From IMG/VR virus record IMGVR_UViG_3300043137_000338: a stretch of DNA of 64,000 nucleotides. The stretch is one strand, 5' to 3'. Shown piece after piece: positions 37,279 to 46,999 of this stretch. Origin of the DNA: a virus. How positions within the stretch are numbered: the first letter of the stretch is position 1; every line of letters begins with the position of its first letter. The position numbers were made by a program, and so were the translations under genes. The notes beneath the pieces are model-generated. The model saw only the letters and a program-made list of their open reading frames with translations. It ran no database searches and had not been told where the DNA came from.

Positions 37279-39054
37279 ATGGATAACATGAAAAGATACA
37301 AACAGCTAATAAAAGAATTACCTTCAAAATCGGTAGTATTCGCCTTTGGACGATTCAATCCTCCAACAATTGGCCATGAGCTACTCGTCAAAGCCGTTAA
37401 AAAATTAGCATCCGCTCAGGGTGCTGATCATGCCATTTATGCATCTCGTTCGAATGATGCAAAGAAAAATCCTCTCCCTGTAGACAAAAAGGTTCACTAT
37501 CTGAACCTTATGTTCCCACACACGCATTTCATTGCTGCCGATGCCAATGTTCGTACTTTTATCGAGGCTGCTAAAGAGCTAAACAAGAAGTATAAGAACA
37601 TCACTATGGTCGCCGGCAGCGACCGTATATCTGAATACGTAAAAATTCTAAACAAATACAACGGTACAGAGTTTCACTTTGATACCGTTCAAGTCATTTC
37701 GGCAGGCGAAAGAGATCCAGATGCCGATGATGCTTCTGGAATGTCTGCATCTAAGATGCGCGCTCTGGCAGAGAAAGGTGACTACGCTACTTTCAAGAGT
37801 GGTCTGCCTTCTTCGCTTAGAGACATTGATGGTCGTCGTCTAATGAACGACATTAGAATCGGTATGGGTCACGCTCCAATTAAGGAACATGTTTCTCTGG
37901 TTAAAAATGAACTCCGCGAGAAGTATTTCCGTGAAGAGATCTTCAACATTGGAGACATCGTTGAGTCTGCAGGAGTTCATTACACTATTATTAAGCGTGG
38001 AACTAATCACCTACTGGTTAAAGAAGATTCTGGCAAACTTGTTTCCAAGTGGATACACGAAGTTACCTTAGTTGAAGAGTTGTCCACTAAGACTTTAAAA
38101 ACTTCTGATAAAATCAAAGTAGCTCGAATCATTGCTACCATGTTAGGGAACGAAGATGCTGAGTCGATGAGTTCTCCAGAGCAGTTAGTCAATAACGCTC
38201 TTCGTAAAATTAACAGCAAACCACTCAACGCTGAAGCTCTAAAGATCTTATCCAAGATGCTTGAGCTTGCCACTGAAGTTGGTATTTCTTACGACGCACA
38301 CTTAAAGCCACACGGTATTAAAGAAGCTGCTATCAAGTTTGATAAGAAAGCTCCCGAGATGGCTGATGATTCCAAGATGCTTGGTGTTCCTGATCAATCA
38401 AACAACGCATTCTCCAATGCAACAATAGCTGCCATGACCAAGAGCAAGCTAGTTGGTACTATCAAAGGTCCAAAGAAAGCTACCACGGTCAAGGAAGAAG
38501 CTGATGACATCGACATGAGTGCATACGACACTCATAACGACATTGATCATGCAGATATTTCTGAGGAAGATATTGACGCCATGATTGATACTCTATCTGA
38601 TGAAGACTTCTATGATGCATACGATGAAGATGAACTGTGTGTCATCGACGACGAAAGCGGAGAAGAATTGCCAGACGATGGTATGAACGAAGCTGCACTA
38701 ATGGAAGTTCTTTCTCGTGCAGAACGTATCCGCGCCAAAGTTCGCATGGCAAAGACAAAAGCTAAACGTGAACGCTCTGCTAGAATAGCATTGAAGCGTT
38801 ACTCAAACACTGCAACTATCAACAAACGTGCCCGCCGCATGGCTGTAAAGTTATTCAAGCAGCGTCTTGTTCGCGGGCGTGATGTCGCTAAATTGTCTGT
38901 TGGTGAGAAGGAAAGAATTGAAGCTACTCTGGCTAAGAGAAAAGACGTTCTAACCCGCATCGCAACTAAGATGGTGCCAAGAATCAAGAAGATGGAAAAG
39001 GCTAGACTTAGCCACAGCAAATATACTCAGAGCAGCACACCTGTCGCAATTTAA
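37279..39054 (+). CDS. nucleotidyltransferase (HxGH) domain protein with acidic and basic C-terminal extension
   Basis: FGRFNPPTIGHELLV cytidylyl/adenylyltransferase signature. Confidence 0.5.
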   Translation: MDNMKRYKQLIKELPSKSVVFAFGRFNPPTIGHELLVKAVKKLASAQGADHAIYASRSNDAKKNPLPVDKKVHYLNLMFPHTHFIAADANVRTFIEAAKELNKKYKNITMVAGSDRISEYVKILNKYNGTEFHFDTVQVISAGERDPDADDASGMSASKMRALAEKGDYATFKSGLPSSLRDIDGRRLMNDIRIGMGHAPIKEHVSLVKNELREKYFREEIFNIGDIVESAGVHYTIIKRGTNHLLVKEDSGKLVSKWIHEVTLVEELSTKTLKTSDKIKVARIIATMLGNEDAESMSSPEQLVNNALRKINSKPLNAEALKILSKMLELATEVGISYDAHLKPHGIKEAAIKFDKKAPEMADDSKMLGVPDQSNNAFSNATIAAMTKSKLVGTIKGPKKATTVKEEADDIDMSAYDTHNDIDHADISEEDIDAMIDTLSDEDFYDAYDEDELCVIDDESGEELPDDGMNEAALMEVLSRAERIRAKVRMAKTKAKRERSARIALKRYSNTATINKRARRMAVKLFKQRLVRGRDVAKLSVGEKERIEATLAKRKDVLTRIATKMVPRIKKMEKARLSHSKYTQSSTPVAI

Positions 39055-39063
39055 GGAGATAGT

Positions 39064-39510
39064 ATGAATGAACTAACAGCAGCAATGAAGATTTTACTGG
39101 CGAACAATTTCGTCATGTACTTCAAAGCTCAATCTTATCACTGGAACATCGAGGGAATTATGTTCTCCCAATACCACGATTTCTTTGGCGATTTATACAA
39201 CGACATTTACGGTGCCATTGATCCGACTGCTGAAGAGTTACGTGCTTTAGATGCATATGCTCCCATTAGCTTGATGGAGCTTTATGCGTATAAAACTCTA
39301 GAGGAAGATTCTGCTCGTCCAGTTCTGATCATTGATATGCTGTCTAATCTAATGACTGCAAACAATATTCTTATTGAAAGCCTAAATAAAGTATTCAGCC
39401 TCGGAACGGCAGCAAACAATCAAGGTCTTTGTAATTTTATTGCAGACAGACTAGACAAACATAAGAAACATGCATGGCAGCTACGTGCTTCCATGAAAAA
39501 CATAGGGTAA
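39064..39510 (+). CDS. hypothetical protein
   Basis: ORF with GGAG RBS. Confidence 0.35.
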   Translation: MNELTAAMKILLANNFVMYFKAQSYHWNIEGIMFSQYHDFFGDLYNDIYGAIDPTAEELRALDAYAPISLMELYAYKTLEEDSARPVLIIDMLSNLMTANNILIESLNKVFSLGTAANNQGLCNFIADRLDKHKKHAWQLRASMKNIG

Positions 39511-39514
39511 TACT

Positions 39515-42067
39515 ATGAAATCTTTTAGAGAACTAATGGAAAAAGAGGAGTTAACTCGCTCTGACTATAAGCTCACTCCCTCTGGTCGTAAGACACACAA
39601 GTACATCACTATGAATTCTGCTGTAGATGGTGAAGAGGAAAAAGAACAAGAGGAAAAAGACGAAGAGGAAAATCGTAAAATGAAATCTGTTAAAGAAGAA
39701 GTATCAGATGTTGCTACTATATATAAAAAGATTGCAGTAAAACATTTAAAAGACATGATGTCAAAAAATGTAACACAAGCACAAAAAATACATGCAAAGA
39801 AAATGCATGCACGTGCTTTAGAAGCATCCAAGATGAGTAATCATACAGATGCGTTGAATCACTATCGTGGTATGAAAGAACAAGCTCCAGTTGCTCCAAC
39901 TCTAGATAAAAAATATATCAAAGGTACGCCAGAGAATAAAGCATACAAGGCATCCAAGAAGCCAATCAATAGCGTTCCAACTAATAAGATGAAAGAAGAA
40001 ACTGAAGAACAAGCTGCTGATCGTAAGAAGCAGCTGAAGAAGTTCAAAGATCTTATGACTCCTGGTCAGAGCGAAGTTGTGACAGAAGCTCTAGACACCT
40101 ACGAGATGGCTACTGCGCATAAGGATAAAGCATCTAAAGCACTAGAGACTAGTGACATGTCTGCATTCCACCACCATATGTCTAACCACCACGAATCTAT
40201 GGGTCAGTGGCACGAATCTAAAGGTCGTCATTCTTCAGCAGATCGTGAGTATGCCAAGGCAGAAGATCATCACGAAAAGAGTCTTACAGCGAGTACTATG
40301 AAAAAAGAATCTGCTGCATGCCCACTTTGTAACGATGATCCTTGCGTATGTGATGACGCTCATGGGTTTGTTTCTGAGGGGATCACTTATCACCCTAACA
40401 AATCTAGTTATGGAAACAGAACTAGTGCTGGGCATACGTATGTTGGACATACAACCAACACAGATGGAACCAAACATTCTAACATCATGAAACATAAGAA
40501 TGGTAAGTATTTTGCTGCCGGTGGTAGTTCTACTCACCCAGTTAAAAGTACTACGTTCCATGACACACCAGAAGAAGCTGCTCAAGGAAAGAAGGCATCT
40601 ATGAAAGAAGAAGTTGAACTAGACGAAGCAATCAAAATTGGTTCTAAAGTAAAGATCCATGCTCCAGGTAAAGACTATCATGATCAACAAGGTTATGTTG
40701 GCGAGATTCGTCATGGTTTATATAAAGGCGCACCAAAGACTTATACTGTAGATTATGGTGATAGTAAGTCTATTCAACTTCGCAAGAACAATGTTAAACT
40801 CCATAAAGAAGAAGTTGAACTAAACGAAGTCAATCACCGCGAGTTTGCTCAAGCCAGCAAGATGCACCCAACCATGGCTAAGTTTATGACCAAGGGTAAA
40901 GAAATGGATTTCTATCACTCTAAGACCGGTGATAAAATCTCTGGAGTTGTAACTAAGAATGATGGTAAAGCTATTCACCTTCAAGCAAACAAAGGTGGTA
41001 AAATCGGTGGTGGAGAAACACACAAGTTTGCCGTAAGTAAAAATCTCGGCGGCGAAATGCATGAAGAAGCCGAACTAGACGAAGTGTTGGATCCATCTAT
41101 GGGTGCTGGTGAATACATCAATGACTTCCAAAAATCAAAAGCACCACAATTTAAAAACAAATCTAAGGAGAAACGACGTATGATGGGAATTGCTGCATAC
41201 TTACAGGCTAAACGCGCTGTTAAAGAAGAACTTCAAGGTAAACAACATAAACTTGATAAAAACAAGAATGGTAAACTAGATGCCGATGACTTTAAGAAAC
41301 TTCGTACAGAAGAAGAAATCATTGAAGAAATCATTGACGAAGGCGATGAATTAAATATCCGCCATCAAGTAGTTCTTAATAAGACACCTGCCGGAAAGGC
41401 ACGTGAGGTTAAACGCAATCGTGAGCACTTAAAGATGCAGATGAAAGCGACTAAGAGTATGGGTGGTCTCGCTGGTCCTAAAGGTAAATTGCCAGAAGAA
41501 GTTGAAGAGTTAGATGACTTCGAGTATACAGATACAGAAATTCTAGAAGGACGCATTACTGCTCGTAAGCATGGTGGTAATGATGATTATAGTTGGGCTG
41601 TATTCGTTGATGGTCATCCTGCAGTTACCGGGCTATCTAAAAGAGAAGTGCCATACCATAAGGAAAGAGCAGCTGCTGCATTAAAATCGCGATCTGACGA
41701 AAATAAGCCAAAGCCTAAGCCACCTGTGAAAGAAGGCAGAGAAATGCTGACCTACAGAGAATTCATGGAAGCTACTTGGCCAGATTACTCAAAGGACAAT
41801 AGCGATAAACGATTCACTGGTGCTGGCGCAAGACACGACATCAAAGATACAGGCAAGGGTGTTATTGCTACTCGTCGTTTCGATAAGAGCTCAGAAACTG
41901 CTGCTGAACCAACTAAGACTGCAGAGCCACCAGTAAAGCGTGGTCGCGGTCGTCCAGCTGGAACTACTGGCACTACATATAAAGCTCGTACTGCTGAAGT
42001 AGCAGCTGCGGCAAGAGCCAAAGCTGCTGCAACTAAAGCAGCAAATAAAAATAAAAAGGGAGAATAA
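39515..42067 (+). CDS. large lysine-rich repeat protein
   Basis: Recurrent KEEVELDEA and KEEVELNEV blocks, His-rich segments, C-terminal AT-hook-like KRGRGRPAG. Confidence 0.4.
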   Translation: MKSFRELMEKEELTRSDYKLTPSGRKTHKYITMNSAVDGEEEKEQEEKDEEENRKMKSVKEEVSDVATIYKKIAVKHLKDMMSKNVTQAQKIHAKKMHARALEASKMSNHTDALNHYRGMKEQAPVAPTLDKKYIKGTPENKAYKASKKPINSVPTNKMKEETEEQAADRKKQLKKFKDLMTPGQSEVVTEALDTYEMATAHKDKASKALETSDMSAFHHHMSNHHESMGQWHESKGRHSSADREYAKAEDHHEKSLTASTMKKESAACPLCNDDPCVCDDAHGFVSEGITYHPNKSSYGNRTSAGHTYVGHTTNTDGTKHSNIMKHKNGKYFAAGGSSTHPVKSTTFHDTPEEAAQGKKASMKEEVELDEAIKIGSKVKIHAPGKDYHDQQGYVGEIRHGLYKGAPKTYTVDYGDSKSIQLRKNNVKLHKEEVELNEVNHREFAQASKMHPTMAKFMTKGKEMDFYHSKTGDKISGVVTKNDGKAIHLQANKGGKIGGGETHKFAVSKNLGGEMHEEAELDEVLDPSMGAGEYINDFQKSKAPQFKNKSKEKRRMMGIAAYLQAKRAVKEELQGKQHKLDKNKNGKLDADDFKKLRTEEEIIEEIIDEGDELNIRHQVVLNKTPAGKAREVKRNREHLKMQMKATKSMGGLAGPKGKLPEEVEELDDFEYTDTEILEGRITARKHGGNDDYSWAVFVDGHPAVTGLSKREVPYHKERAAAALKSRSDENKPKPKPPVKEGREMLTYREFMEATWPDYSKDNSDKRFTGAGARHDIKDTGKGVIATRRFDKSSETAAEPTKTAEPPVKRGRGRPAGTTGTTYKARTAEVAAAARAKAAATKAANKNKKGE

Positions 42068-42069
42068 AA

Positions 42070-43335
42070 ATGTCACTTTGGGGAAATCAAGACTCTAAAA
42101 CAGCAAGCGGAACTATCGCTATCAACGGCACGACTGGTGCTGTTACTGGTTCTAGCACTACTTTCACTTCACAAGCTAAAGTCGGTAACTTCATTCGCGT
42201 TAGTGGTGAAGATTATCAAATCGTAGCAATCGCATCTGATACAGCAGCAACGGTTAGAGCAGGAACTGCTGGCGCAACAATGACTACTGTTAGCTCTGGA
42301 ACATCTTATACTCTATCTGAGAAACCAGCATTCATCAGCATCAACGGTAATGCAGGCACTTCGACATCTGTTTTTGGTGTTGATGCCACTGAAATTTCTG
42401 CCGGTGGAGACAACGTCACTGAAGTTGGCGTTGGTAATGCTGGAACAAGATATAAAACTGCTCCAGCTGTAACTTTCTCTGGCGGTGGCGGATCTTCTGC
42501 TGCAGCCACTGCTACTGTGACTGGCGGTGCCGTTACTGCAATCACTGTAACTAACGTTGGTTCTGCCTATACTTCAGTTCCTACAGTTACTGTTGCAAAA
42601 CCAACTCGTGTAATTCCTACTTCTGGCGTTGACACTTCTCTTGAACAGTACACTTATGCAACACACGGTTTAGTTGCTGGTGATGTTGTAAAGTATAACA
42701 ATGGCGGCAGCACTTCTATTACAGGATTGACTTCTGGCAATACATACTACGTTTCTGCTCTTGGTCTAGCAGCTAACACTTTCCGTGTTGCTCCTACTGC
42801 CGGTGATGCTGCTGCTCGCACAGCATTATCTACAGTTGCTATTTCTGGCACCGCTGGTCAATTCACTTGCGTCGGTGGAACTCTGGCTGTTGGTGATCAC
42901 GTTTCTGTTTCTGGTACTTTAACTGGCACTGGAACTATCACTGGTTACACTACTCCAAAGATCTATGAAGTTTCTGCAGTCACTGGCACTTCTCCAAGTG
43001 TGACTGGTTTCACTTTGACCAACGAAGATACTACTGCAATCGTTACTACTGCTGGAACAACTGTTGGTTTGACTTTCACTCCATACACACTCGTTATTAT
43101 CACTGCTACTGGTAACAATGCACAGTACTTTGAACTTCAAGCTACCGATGATCAAGCGACAGCTACTGCTGATCTTGGTTCTGGTCCCGGCGGAACTACT
43201 CTAACCCATGCTGGATGGGTTCGTCGTACTGTTGGTTATGGTGGTCGCGCTGGTCGTGTATTCACTGAAACTTTAGTTGCCATGGGATCTATCACTGGCG
43301 ACCAATCTGACGATATTCAATATCCGGATGCTTAA
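42070..43335 (+). CDS. Ser/Thr/Gly/Ala-rich beta-rich surface protein (Ig-like/fibre?)
   Basis: Low-complexity TGxT repeats; followed by a strong terminator. Confidence 0.35.
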   Translation: MSLWGNQDSKTASGTIAINGTTGAVTGSSTTFTSQAKVGNFIRVSGEDYQIVAIASDTAATVRAGTAGATMTTVSSGTSYTLSEKPAFISINGNAGTSTSVFGVDATEISAGGDNVTEVGVGNAGTRYKTAPAVTFSGGGGSSAAATATVTGGAVTAITVTNVGSAYTSVPTVTVAKPTRVIPTSGVDTSLEQYTYATHGLVAGDVVKYNNGGSTSITGLTSGNTYYVSALGLAANTFRVAPTAGDAAARTALSTVAISGTAGQFTCVGGTLAVGDHVSVSGTLTGTGTITGYTTPKIYEVSAVTGTSPSVTGFTLTNEDTTAIVTTAGTTVGLTFTPYTLVIITATGNNAQYFELQATDDQATATADLGSGPGGTTLTHAGWVRRTVGYGGRAGRVFTETLVAMGSITGDQSDDIQYPDA

Positions 43336-43340
43336 TAAAT

Positions 43341-43362
43341 GGGGATTCGTCCCCATTTTTAT
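43341..43362 (+). terminator. intrinsic terminator GGGGATTCGTCCCC + ATTTTTATTAT
   Basis: 5-bp GC stem with UUCG loop and T-run. Confidence 0.7.
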
Positions 43363-43367
43363 TATAC

Positions 43368-43751
43368 ATGATCAAACATCCCCTAAGTGAATCGACTTTT
43401 TTATTATGCGCAATGCATAATTACAGTAATGTTCAATGTTATACTTTAGATGAATTTGAAGAAGATTTAAAAAGATTTTTATACCTAAAGAAATTATTCA
43501 GTAGGTATAAAACATCAGGAGAGCTTAAAGAACGACTTATATTAAACCATATAATCGTTCTTTATAATTTATTTGATGATGTAGCAACTTCAATGTTATT
43601 CTATAAGATAGACAAGGAACATTGGAATTCTCTGATAACATTTCTTATCTTTTTAAATAGAATGCCAGAATCTATTCCAGAATATGGCATCGTGACATCT
43701 GATTATGCACTAGACGAAACTGTGATAGAAGTTTTAAGGAAAATTAAATGA
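43368..43751 (+). CDS. hypothetical protein
   Basis: ORF only. Confidence 0.3.
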   Translation: MIKHPLSESTFLLCAMHNYSNVQCYTLDEFEEDLKRFLYLKKLFSRYKTSGELKERLILNHIIVLYNLFDDVATSMLFYKIDKEHWNSLITFLIFLNRMPESIPEYGIVTSDYALDETVIEVLRKIK

Positions 43752-44269
43752 GCATATTAGTAGACAACTTAATAGCGTATCGTGTTCTTTCAATGCTTGT
43801 ACAGTCATTTGAAGATACTGCTGCATATAAACTAGGAATAATAGATGCAAAGGGTATGAACATTAAGAAGTCTAGCACGTTCAATTCTTCCGATGAACGT
43901 GATTCCTATACTTATCTGCATCGTTTAGTTTTCAACATGAAGAAGATTCTGAATAAACTTCCTGGTGGTGAATCGAAACTAAAGAGTTTAATTGCTGCAT
44001 TATTTCTTGTTAAAGAGTATTATAACAGTCAAGATAAGACAACTTCCTTAATGGAGTCTAGATATTTTGATATCTTAGAGCAAGTAGAATCTGGTATTAT
44101 TCTAGTCGAAGAAGAAATTGCAGTTAAAAAATTCTTTGATGAAGAAGGTGAAGGTGGTATCGCCAATGTTACTGGTGCTGCGGTCTCAACTAATGAGCCA
44201 AAGATTGATAAGAAAAATATCAAGAAATACCAGAAGATGAATCGTCGCTCTAAACCATTAGGAGTTTAA
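43748..44269 (+). CDS. hypothetical protein
   Basis: ORF only. Confidence 0.3.
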   Translation: MSILVDNLIAYRVLSMLVQSFEDTAAYKLGIIDAKGMNIKKSSTFNSSDERDSYTYLHRLVFNMKKILNKLPGGESKLKSLIAALFLVKEYYNSQDKTTSLMESRYFDILEQVESGIILVEEEIAVKKFFDEEGEGGIANVTGAAVSTNEPKIDKKNIKKYQKMNRRSKPLGV

Positions 44270-44272
44270 GCG

Positions 44273-44863
44273 ATGTGGCTACTTGAATGGTTACCAACTT
44301 GGGTATTTCACTTGGCAGTTTTATCAGGATTGCTAGGTTTAATCGTAGCTAAGTTCTTCAGCTATATCACATTCATTAGAACATACGCATTGCCAATAAA
44401 TTTATTGGCATTCTTTGTATTAGTCTTTGGTGTGTATATGGAAGGTAGTATTTCCAATCAAGAAGCATGGGAAGCTAAGATAGCTACTGCGAAACTAGAA
44501 GCAGAAAAGAAAGAAACTGCTGCTGCAGAAACCACTATCAAGGTAGTAACTAAATATATCAAACAAATAGAAGTTGTTAAGGAGAAAGGTAATGAGATCA
44601 TTAAGCAAGTTCCAACTTACATCACTAAAGCTGATGATGCCAGTTGTTCTGTGCCTAATGGTTTCGTCATGCTCCACGACAGTGCCAGTCGAAATGAAGT
44701 TCCCGACACCACCAGAGCTCCTGATGAAGGAGCCTCCAAAATTAAAATCTCTGGAGTTGCCGAAACAGTAATTGATAACTACACGACCTATTACCAAGTA
44801 AGTGAGCAATTAAAAGCTCTCCAACAATGGGTTAAAGAACAACAGAACAACTATAATAAGTGA
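44273..44863 (+). CDS. membrane protein with periplasmic coiled coil (spanin/Rz-like?)
   Basis: Two N-terminal TM helices, coiled coil, conserved ..ALQQWVKEQ.. end. Confidence 0.35.
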   Translation: MWLLEWLPTWVFHLAVLSGLLGLIVAKFFSYITFIRTYALPINLLAFFVLVFGVYMEGSISNQEAWEAKIATAKLEAEKKETAAAETTIKVVTKYIKQIEVVKEKGNEIIKQVPTYITKADDASCSVPNGFVMLHDSASRNEVPDTTRAPDEGASKIKISGVAETVIDNYTTYYQVSEQLKALQQWVKEQQNNYNK

Positions 44864-44873
44864 GCTTTATCCC

Positions 44874-45227
44874 ATGGAAACAGAAAGAATAGCTAAATTG
44901 GAAGCACAAGTCGAAGGTATCAAAGAAGACGTCAAAGACCTTAAAGCAGACGTCAAAGAGGTCCACTCTCGTATAACTACTGGCAATCGTGAAATTATCG
45001 ATAAGATCAGTGAGATGGATAATAGAATCGAAGCAAAGCTAAGCTCATCGGCAAAATCAGCAAAAGATCAACACGAAGAAATTCAAAAAGAAATTCAAAA
45101 AGATATCAGAGATATCTCTAGGCGCGTCAATGCTCTTGAAAAGTGGCGTTGGATGATTGTTGGTGGTGCCATCGTTGTGGGTTACTTAGTCGGACACTTA
45201 GAGTTCTTTGCAAACATTGTAAAATAA
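44874..45227 (+). CDS. coiled-coil protein with C-terminal TM anchor
   Basis: C-terminal WRWMIVGGAIVVGYLVGHL. Confidence 0.35.
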   Translation: METERIAKLEAQVEGIKEDVKDLKADVKEVHSRITTGNREIIDKISEMDNRIEAKLSSSAKSAKDQHEEIQKEIQKDIRDISRRVNALEKWRWMIVGGAIVVGYLVGHLEFFANIVK

Positions 45228-45280
45228 ATTTGCTTTTAACCTCACTTTAGGGTATAATCAATGCTCTAACGTGAGGTTGT

Positions 45281-46306
45281 ATGCTATACATTGATACAAA
45301 ATTTGCAGCGATCCTTGGTTCCCGTCTAAAGAACTTCAAGCAGAAAGCTGATTATCTATGGAACTACTCTTGTCCTGTTTGTGGCGATAGTTCTAAGAAT
45401 AAACTAAAGGCACGCGGATACATATTTCGTCGCAGCACAGAACTTCTGTGTAAGTGCCACAACTGCAGTTATTCTACTAATCTTGGTAATCTTATCAAGT
45501 ATGTTGATCCTAATCTATACAATGAATATGTGCTAGATCGTTACAAAGGTGGCGCTTCTAAGTACACTGATCACAAAAATGCAGGCGCAATTCTTCCTGC
45601 GCAAACTCCCACGAAAGATTTACTTGAGGATGACATCCTAAGTAGCATCACACGCATAGATTTGCTCTCTGAGAATCATCCTGCAGTTAAATTGGTTTTG
45701 AAGCGGAAAATTCCAAAGAACAAGTGGCATCTTCTTTACTTTGCACCGAAGTTTAAGAAGTATACCAATTCTGTAGTTCCAAAATTCAGAGAACCTTTCG
45801 TTGATGATCATCCAAGAATGATCATCCCATTGTTCACTTCTGCTGGCAAGTGTTTTGCTTTTCAGGGTAGAGCATATGGTCCAGAGGAACCTAAGTATTA
45901 CATCATTAAGGTTGATGAGACTCAAGAAAAGATTTTTGGTCTAGACCGCATTGATTACAGCAAACATATCTATGTGGTCGAAGGTCCGATCGATTCTCTA
46001 TTTCTACCAAACTGTATTGCAGTATCTGGTTCTAGCTTTGATACACCCACAGTTCGACAGATCATGACCAACTGCACCATTGTTATGGATAACGAACCGC
46101 GCAATAAGGATATCGTTAAGCAGATGAAGAAATATATAGATCTCGGTTATAGTGTTTGTATGTATCCAGATACTGTAGTTGAGAAGGACATAAATGATAT
46201 GGTCTTGTCTGGGCGCACTCAAGAACAGATTTTAGAGTTAATAAATACGAATACCTTCACAGGTATGGAAGCGCAATTGAAATTTACGAAATGGAGTAAA
46301 GTATGA
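45281..46306 (+). CDS. 61: DNA primase gp61
   Basis: N-terminal zinc ribbon CPVCGD..CKCHNC, TOPRIM-like ..VVEGPIDSLF..; 341 aa against 342 aa in T4. Confidence 0.8.
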   Translation: MLYIDTKFAAILGSRLKNFKQKADYLWNYSCPVCGDSSKNKLKARGYIFRRSTELLCKCHNCSYSTNLGNLIKYVDPNLYNEYVLDRYKGGASKYTDHKNAGAILPAQTPTKDLLEDDILSSITRIDLLSENHPAVKLVLKRKIPKNKWHLLYFAPKFKKYTNSVVPKFREPFVDDHPRMIIPLFTSAGKCFAFQGRAYGPEEPKYYIIKVDETQEKIFGLDRIDYSKHIYVVEGPIDSLFLPNCIAVSGSSFDTPTVRQIMTNCTIVMDNEPRNKDIVKQMKKYIDLGYSVCMYPDTVVEKDINDMVLSGRTQEQILELINTNTFTGMEAQLKFTKWSKV

Positions 46307-46986
46307 AAGTAAGAATTATTAGTTATAGTAAGCCTTCTCGTGAGATGTACGATGAAGGTTTAACTGATGTGCAGGAATTGATTGCGTTTTGTGCCAGAGT
46401 CAGTAACCCAAGCAACCAGTTTAACATGGAAACTTCTGAGAAACTGATCAAGTATCTGATCAAACATCAGCACTGGTCACCCCTAGAAATGGTGTCTGCA
46501 TGTTTAGAAATCGAAACCACTCGTGATATTGCTCGCCAGATTCTACGTCATCGCAGCTTTTCCTTTCAAGAATTCTCTCAACGTTATGCTGATCCAACCA
46601 AGGATCTTTCATTCGTTACGCGTGAAGCTCGACTGCAAGATACTAAGAATCGTCAAAACAGTATCGATCTGGATATGACATCCGAAGATGATCGGTTTCT
46701 CGTTGCAGATTGGAAGCGCCGACAACAAGAAGTTATTGAACTTGCTAAGGAGCATTATACTTGGGCAGTTGAAGCTGGTATCGCAAAAGAACAAGCGAGA
46801 GCAGTTCTACCAGAAGGTTTAACTGTATCGCGGATGTATATGAATGGCACGCTGCGTAGCTGGATTCACTATATGGAACTGCGCGCTGGTGTTGAGACAC
46901 AAAAAGAACATAGAGAAATCGCGCTTGAATGCGCAAAAATTATCGCTGAGGTATTTCCCTTGGCAAATGATATTGTACAAAAATAA
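46303..46986 (+). CDS. thyX: flavin-dependent thymidylate synthase ThyX
   Basis: ThyX signature RHRSFSFQEFSQRY. Confidence 0.85.
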   Translation: MKVRIISYSKPSREMYDEGLTDVQELIAFCARVSNPSNQFNMETSEKLIKYLIKHQHWSPLEMVSACLEIETTRDIARQILRHRSFSFQEFSQRYADPTKDLSFVTREARLQDTKNRQNSIDLDMTSEDDRFLVADWKRRQQEVIELAKEHYTWAVEAGIAKEQARAVLPEGLTVSRMYMNGTLRSWIHYMELRAGVETQKEHREIALECAKIIAEVFPLANDIVQK

Positions 46987-46999
46987 GAACGGAGAAACA